Made by a program: the position numbers and the translations under genes. Below the pieces are notes generated by a model. The model searched no databases, had not been told where the DNA came from, and worked only from the letters and a program-made list of their open reading frames with translations. Below are positions 26,857 to 32,000 of a stretch of DNA of 32,000 nucleotides, one piece after another (position 1 is the first letter of the stretch; the number at the start of each line of letters is the position of its first letter). The stretch comes from Methanopyrus kandleri AV19 (GTDB lineage: Archaea > JAADCQ01 > Methanopyri > Methanopyrales > Methanopyraceae). The stretch is from positions 1,320,001 through 1,352,000 of the forward strand of contig NC_003551.1 of assembly GCF_000007185.1 (NCBI RefSeq), given 5' to 3'.

Positions 26857-29094
26857 CTAGAGCGGTAGACTCCCCTGCGCCACCGTCAGCGCACCCAGGA
26901 GGAAGATCACGCAGTAGCCGACCAGTCGGGTCACAGGCTTCAGCGCCTCGCGAAGCGGGGAGGGTAACGAGTCGACCACGAGCTCGCCCAGGAAGTTCGC
27001 GACGACGGTCAACGGCGAGCCCGTGTCGCCCCCGAAGGCGGTAGACACCCAGTAGAGGAGCAGCGGCGTGAGTAGCAGCCCGACCAGTACCTCCAGCGGC
27101 TTTGGTCTCCGATCCCAACCCCTCCGCGGTTCGAACTTCCGGAACCCCTTCAGGTCCTCGAACTCCTCCACCACGAGCCACTCGAAGCCGCCGGCCTCCT
27201 TCCGGTCGTAGTAGCTCGAACCGAGCACCGTCCCACCGCCGACGACGGGTATCACCAGCTTGCCGTTTTTCATCGGTACGATCGCACGGATCACCAGGAG
27301 TCGATCGGGCGATACGTCGACGCGGACCACCCTGTACTCGACGGTTCCGATGTCGGGTACGTTCATCTCACCCTCCCGAACCACTCGATACTGGACCGGC
27401 TGGAATCCCGGCGCGAGTACGCCCGTGTACGCGTCCCGGTACGCGTCCCTCGGGACCGTCCCGTACTTGAGAATTTTCGAGCCCGCGGGCAGGGGGATCT
27501 CGGGTACCGTCGCGACCACGTCCACGAGGACCTCGTCCCCGCGCACCGACCTCACGATCACCGTCTCCGGACCCTCGGAGAGACGTCGGAGCTCCTTCTC
27601 CCACAGCTGCTCCGTGTTCAGGCGCGTTCCCCACGACCCCTCGACGTTCAGGAGCAGCAGGAACAGGTCGGGGTGCAGGGAGCGCAGCAACTCGGAGTTG
27701 GCGTACGAGGCGTACCACCGATCGCCCGCCCGGACCAGCGCCGGGATCGGATCACCGAAGGGGTGGAGGAGCAGGCTCGACGTGACGCCCAGCGGTAGGT
27801 ACCGCCACCCCGCCGGTACTAGCAGGTCCAGGTACAGGAACGAGTCGTCGTCCGCCCGCACGCGCAGCGCCAGGACCCCGTCGAGCAGGGGCTTCATCGC
27901 CCGACCGAGCCGGGACTCGAGGAAGAGGTCGCGTCGCGTGCGGAACTCCTCGTCCCACCAGGTTATCACGCTGACCTCCTCCGGCAGCTCGAAGGTCGTC
28001 TCGGCCGTCTCCGGGGCCGGCGAGTGGTTCCGCTCGCACCACGCCCTCACGTCGCCCGCGGTGGCCGAGCTGAGGACGGCGTCCGCGGGCACGACCGCCG
28101 CCGTCTCGATCCGGGCCTCCCGCGGCACGTAGACGGTGCCCTCGGTGCCCGGCCAGAGCCGTACGAACACGTGGACCTCGTGGAGGTTACCCTTCATCCC
28201 ACCGTCCAACACGGTGATCTGGGAGACGAACACGGGGGGCGGCGGTGAAGGCGGGAGGATCCTCGGGTTGGCGTGCGCGGCCGCCGGCAGGAGCGCGATC
28301 GCCGCGAGCAGCACCGCGAGCCGTCGACGCCTCACCGGGAGTGGAACGAGGGCCGGGAAGAGGTGATAACGGTACGGTGGACCTTCTCTTTCCCATCCCC
28401 AGTAGTTCACCTTCACCGGCCAGTACTCGTACTCCCTGAGGTCTTCGAGGCCGAAGGCGACGAGGGCCGGCTCGAAGGTGGGGACGTTGACGCCCTGCTC
28501 GATGACGAACCCGTAATCCGTCGGCTCGAGGTAGTACGAGTGTCTGTTGTCGGACTCGTACGTCGCCGCGTTGAACTCGTAACCCGGAACGAGGTACATG
28601 AGCAGGTGGTTGCTGACGAGCCGCGCCCGCACCTCGACGACGAGCAGCCCCGGGTCGACCCGGGCCTCCAGTACGGGGATATCGGCGTAGCCCCGCTCCA
28701 GGAGGCCCGCGAACGCGTTCCTCACGGTCTCGGGTATCCCGTCGATCGGAACCCGGACCGGCCAGTCGTCGCCGACGGGGGCGTAGAGCCGGTCGCGCCA
28801 CTCGAGCCCCTCCGAGGTCAGCCGCCAGTCCCGGACCTCGTGGCGTCCCCATTCCGACCGCGGTGGCAGGGCCAGCCCGTCGACCGTCCGGAGCTCGTCC
28901 GCGGCGAACCAGTACACTCCCCGGACCTCGGAGTTCAGGGGCAGGTAGACCCGGACGGTCCCGGGTTTCGACACGTACACCAGGTAGAGGATGTCCGCGT
29001 GGTCCTCGTCCGGCGGTCCCTCGAAGAACACGTCTACCGTGGGGGTCGCGGCCGCGGGTTGCGCGGCCAGGAGCAGCGCCAGGAGCGCCAGCAC
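26857..29094 (-). CDS. secreted, membrane-anchored protein; apparent fusion of two secreted proteins
   Basis: N-terminal signal-like VLALLALLLAAQPAAATP; second internal signal-like VRRRRLAVLLAAIALLPAAAHANP at 28335; C-terminal TM segments VLVGLLLTPLLLYWVSTAF and VGYCVIFLLGALTVA. Start tentative (GTG 29094; ATG 29166 possible). Confidence 0.7.
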   Translation of the reverse strand: MLALLALLLAAQPAAATPTVDVFFEGPPDEDHADILYLVYVSKPGTVRVYLPLNSEVRGVYWFAADELRTVDGLALPPRSEWGRHEVRDWRLTSEGLEWRDRLYAPVGDDWPVRVPIDGIPETVRNAFAGLLERGYADIPVLEARVDPGLLVVEVRARLVSNHLLMYLVPGYEFNAATYESDNRHSYYLEPTDYGFVIEQGVNVPTFEPALVAFGLEDLREYEYWPVKVNYWGWEREGPPYRYHLFPALVPLPVRRRRLAVLLAAIALLPAAAHANPRILPPSPPPPVFVSQITVLDGGMKGNLHEVHVFVRLWPGTEGTVYVPREARIETAAVVPADAVLSSATAGDVRAWCERNHSPAPETAETTFELPEEVSVITWWDEEFRTRRDLFLESRLGRAMKPLLDGVLALRVRADDDSFLYLDLLVPAGWRYLPLGVTSSLLLHPFGDPIPALVRAGDRWYASYANSELLRSLHPDLFLLLLNVEGSWGTRLNTEQLWEKELRRLSEGPETVIVRSVRGDEVLVDVVATVPEIPLPAGSKILKYGTVPRDAYRDAYTGVLAPGFQPVQYRVVREGEMNVPDIGTVEYRVVRVDVSPDRLLVIRAIVPMKNGKLVIPVVGGGTVLGSSYYDRKEAGGFEWLVVEEFEDLKGFRKFEPRRGWDRRPKPLEVLVGLLLTPLLLYWVSTAFGGDTGSPLTVVANFLGELVVDSLPSPLREALKPVTRLVGYCVIFLLGALTVAQGSLPL

Positions 29095-29239
29095 GGGTTG
29101 CCCTTCCCCCGCGGCTTGAAGGTATCCATACCCACTTAACGTTAACTCCCGACCCGTTGACCTCAATTCGGGAAAAGATAATGCTTCGTGATCATGTTTA
29201 CGGTTTCCGAAAGAGCGAACCGGGGCGCGAGGGGGGAGA

Positions 29240-30568
29240 TCAGGCTCGGGCCCGGCGCCTCGGTGGGATCACCGGGACCACCGGGATCGGGAGCTTGCAC
29301 CTCTTGCCGCGTCCCTCCACGCGGAACGTCGCCGAGGTCTTCCCGTTACCGTACGGACCCTCGTACTCCACGAATAGGGTGTAATAACCGGGCTTCTCCG
29401 GCGCGCGGAACCGGAACTCCACCCATCCCTCGAAGCCGCTTCCCTCGGGTAACTTCACCTCGCCCAGCTCCATGACCGACCCGTGCTCGTCCCTCAGCTC
29501 GAACCTCAGGACGCCCTCTTCCGGTGCGTAGGACCACGGCTCCGGGTACGGCCGGACGAAGACGGTCACCGTGGAACCCGCGTCCACGCGCTCCGGTACC
29601 AGCAGGTCGAAGCTCACCTCCACCCGTTCCACGCCGATCACCGCGACCACGGGCACGTACGGGAACCCGAACCTCTGGGTGACCTGCGGCCACTCCTTCT
29701 CGATGACCTCCTCACGCTGGTGCTTCCACTTCTCGTAATCCTCCGCCGGTGAAACGTCGGCGAGCACGGCCACCCGAGCCTCCGGGAACACCAGCATCAG
29801 GTGGTCCGTGAGGCGAGCTTGACAGGTGTCCCAGCCCGGCGCGGCCGAGGATTTAGTGACGACGCCCTCCGGCCACGCGAAGAGCTCGACACCCACGTCC
29901 AACGTCTCGGAGCCGCTCCTGACGTAGAAGCTGTTGTCGTAGCCCGGCTGCGCCGGGATCGGCCATTCGATGACACCGTAGGAGTACTCCGATCGTAACG
30001 CATCGTCGTAGTGCTTCGGGTAGTACATCCGGAGGTTCGGTACCCGGTGCAGCGCCGGGATCCTGAGCTTCAGGACCAGTAGCGAGTAGGAGAACGGCTT
30101 CCCGGGGTCGTGCTCCGGCGTCACCTCGAAGTCGAGCTGGGTCCACTTCCAGGTCTCATCTAGGAACTCCCACGTGACCTCGGTCTGACCCTTGGGTTTC
30201 ACCTTCACGCTCTCGAACCTCGACGGATCGCTCAGGACCTCCGACGGACTCCGGTCCGAGACCTTCGGGTAGAACCTGGCCTCGAGCACCTCCGTACCCT
30301 GCGGTAGGAGCACGTGCACCGTCACCGGCTTCCCGGGCTCCTTGGCCTTGATAACCGCCATGTACGTCGCGTCCACGTAGTCGAGGACCTTCACGGTATC
30401 ACCGTGCTCCGTGGTCACCTCCTTCTCGTGGACGTCCTCGATGACGAGGTGGCTCTGCACGCCCACGTCCAGCAGCGCCTCCGGATCCGTCCACGAGTCA
30501 CCGTGAACGGGTAACGGTAGAACCAAGACGACGATCGGGACGATCGCCGGCGAAAGGACACGTCTCAC
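29240..30568 (-). CDS. secreted/surface protein, paralogue of the 9452..10918 gene
   Basis: GTG start VRRVLSPAIVPIVVLVLPLPVHGDSW signal peptide; shares LVIEDVHEKEVTTEHGD..VLDYVDATYMA, KPVTVHVLLPQGTEVLEARFYP, EVTWEFLDETWKWTQLDFEVTPE, RFRAPEKPGYYTLFVEYEGPYG with the other copy. Confidence 0.85.
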   Translation of the reverse strand: MRRVLSPAIVPIVVLVLPLPVHGDSWTDPEALLDVGVQSHLVIEDVHEKEVTTEHGDTVKVLDYVDATYMAVIKAKEPGKPVTVHVLLPQGTEVLEARFYPKVSDRSPSEVLSDPSRFESVKVKPKGQTEVTWEFLDETWKWTQLDFEVTPEHDPGKPFSYSLLVLKLRIPALHRVPNLRMYYPKHYDDALRSEYSYGVIEWPIPAQPGYDNSFYVRSGSETLDVGVELFAWPEGVVTKSSAAPGWDTCQARLTDHLMLVFPEARVAVLADVSPAEDYEKWKHQREEVIEKEWPQVTQRFGFPYVPVVAVIGVERVEVSFDLLVPERVDAGSTVTVFVRPYPEPWSYAPEEGVLRFELRDEHGSVMELGEVKLPEGSGFEGWVEFRFRAPEKPGYYTLFVEYEGPYGNGKTSATFRVEGRGKRCKLPIPVVPVIPPRRRARA

Positions 30569-31002
30569 GTTCTCACCCCCGAAGTGGATCGTCGGAAGCT
30601 CCGACACTAAAGTTTTCGGTAACTCATCTCCGGGGTCGTGGGTCTTCCAGCGTGATGTGTACCCGGGAATCCGCGGGTGCCGCCGTGGGCACGGTCCCGT
30701 CCCCGGCGTGGTGCGCCGGCGCTCCCGCGTTCCTCCCGCGGGGGGCACGGGGGGTGGGGACTCCCCGGTACCCGCCCAGGACTCCCGGGACGCCCTCCGA
30801 CGGTTCCCTGTCCGCAAGGTCTATCCTCGGCATCGTCACCGTCCCAGTTCTCCCGGCGCGGACCGGTGGGGGCGCAATCGCGGGTGGACGGGACGGGCGT
30901 ACGTCGGTCCCTCGTGCGTGCGGTCGCGTTCTCGGTACTGACTACACACTCCGGCTCGTTCCTCACCCCGTAGAGTAGGGTCGAGAGACTCGCCCCGACA
31001 CT

Positions 31003-31692
31003 GTGGGGGGAAGGGTCGAATGGTGGCCGGAGCCTCCGAGTGGCGGAAGACGTGCGAGGGAGTCCGGTCCCGCGATAGGAAGATCGGTCCTGTTACTCGC
31101 GATCCCGCTGCTCTTGATGGTGTCTCCCGTCTCGGGTGTCACTGTTTACGTTCCGGACGTCGTCGATGGTGCGTTCTCGTTGGAGAAGGAGGGGTTGGAG
31201 CACGCTACTCCGGTGGTCACGAGCGGGCCCGTCGAACGCTTCAACACGTTCGAGAACATGGTCGTCGATTACGAGTACGTATCGGTTTCCGATAATCACG
31301 ACCTCGTCGTTTGCAGTAACCCGTTCGACGAGATCGACGTGAGGATCACCCCGGAGGGAATCCGCGTCGAGTACCAGACGTCTCGTGGGACCGTCCGACG
31401 CTCGCTGTCCTTCAACCCCGAGCACACGTACCTCGTACTCGGACTCCAGGGCCTCCGCACGATCCCCGTCGAACCCCAGCAGGGAGGCGGCGAGTTACCC
31501 GTACTCATCATCCACGATCACAGGGTCTACGAGCCCACCACGTACTTCCCATCCCCCATCCTCGGGCGCTACGCCCGGGACGTCACCCCACTCGCTCAGG
31601 CCGTCGAACTCATGGGAGGCTACGACCTCCTTGTCAGGCTAGAGGTCGATGGTAGCACCGTGGCCTTCGATCTCGTGAAATCCGACGGGTAG
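31003..31692 (+). CDS. secreted hypothetical protein
   Basis: GRSVLLLAIPLLLMVSPVSGVTVYVPDVVDGAFSLEKEG.. signal peptide plus beta-rich domain; start uncertain, ends at TAG 31690-31692. Confidence 0.6.
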   Translation: MGGRVEWWPEPPSGGRRARESGPAIGRSVLLLAIPLLLMVSPVSGVTVYVPDVVDGAFSLEKEGLEHATPVVTSGPVERFNTFENMVVDYEYVSVSDNHDLVVCSNPFDEIDVRITPEGIRVEYQTSRGTVRRSLSFNPEHTYLVLGLQGLRTIPVEPQQGGGELPVLIIHDHRVYEPTTYFPSPILGRYARDVTPLAQAVELMGGYDLLVRLEVDGSTVAFDLVKSDG

Positions 31693-31716
31693 GGCGCCTA
31701 CCGGGTCGTCTGCGAT

Positions 31717-32000
31717 TTGAACACCGGGAAGGCATGGCGCGAGTCCCTACCACCCGAGGAAGCTCGGAAGCTCCTCGACCTGGCCCGGGAGGACCTGGCT
31801 AAGATCCCTCAGTTGAAGTCTGGCGAGCTCGAGGACGAGTCGGGACTCCGGCTGGTCGTTTACGACGTCACCGAGGATAAGGTCCTCCTATTGCTCGCAC
31901 GCCCGTCCCTCGAGTTCATCCGGGGGCATAACCCGAGACTCGCGGAACTCCTGCACGTACTCGAGAGCACAGCGGATAGCCTCCTCGAATGGGATATCTT
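31717..32000 (+). CDS. hypothetical protein (partial, runs off right edge), same frame as the upstream ORF
   Basis: DLNTGKAWRESLPPEEARKLLDLAREDLAKIPQLKSGELEDESGLRLVVYDVTEDKVLLLLARPSLEFIRGHNPRLAELLHVLESTADSLLEWDI, open to window end. Confidence 0.5.
   Translation, partial: MNTGKAWRESLPPEEARKLLDLAREDLAKIPQLKSGELEDESGLRLVVYDVTEDKVLLLLARPSLEFIRGHNPRLAELLHVLESTADSLLEWDI

Noticed and set aside
1-32000. tRNA/rRNA genes or insertion-sequence transposases
   Set aside because: No transposase motif or terminal inverted repeats were recognised, and no tRNA or rRNA signature was spotted by eye; a proper tRNA scan was not possible

Overview
High-GC archaeal chromosomal window with very acidic predicted proteins and frequent GTG/TTG starts. 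It is most consistent with Methanopyrus (inference from composition, the CRISPR repeat and gene content). The central feature is a CRISPR-Cas region in two divergent modules. (1) A minus-strand adaptation-type operon, cas1 - long prokaryotic Argonaute (PAZ/MID/PIWI, apparently intact D-E-D-D) - cas2 (7787..4335), with the Argonaute tightly sandwiched between cas1 and cas2. (2) A plus-strand type III-A (Csm) effector operon, cas10/csm1 - csm2 - csm3 - csm4 - CARF/HEPN csm6-like - csm5 (11274..19115). Between them is an AT-rich 1.6 kb intergenic region holding a small, partly degenerate CRISPR array. No cas6 was recognised. Around this core are an XPD/DinG-like protein running off the left edge, small hypothetical ORFs, two paralogous secreted proteins near 9.4-10.9 kb and 29.2-30.6 kb, a block of frameshifted or chimeric genes (19.2-22.7 kb: polysaccharide deacetylase, ABC transporter remnant, membrane protein) around an intact MBL-fold gene, a Roadblock/LC7 protein, an AAA+ ATPase, and a long ORF that looks like two fused secreted proteins. 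All family calls come from reading translated motifs; no database search was run.
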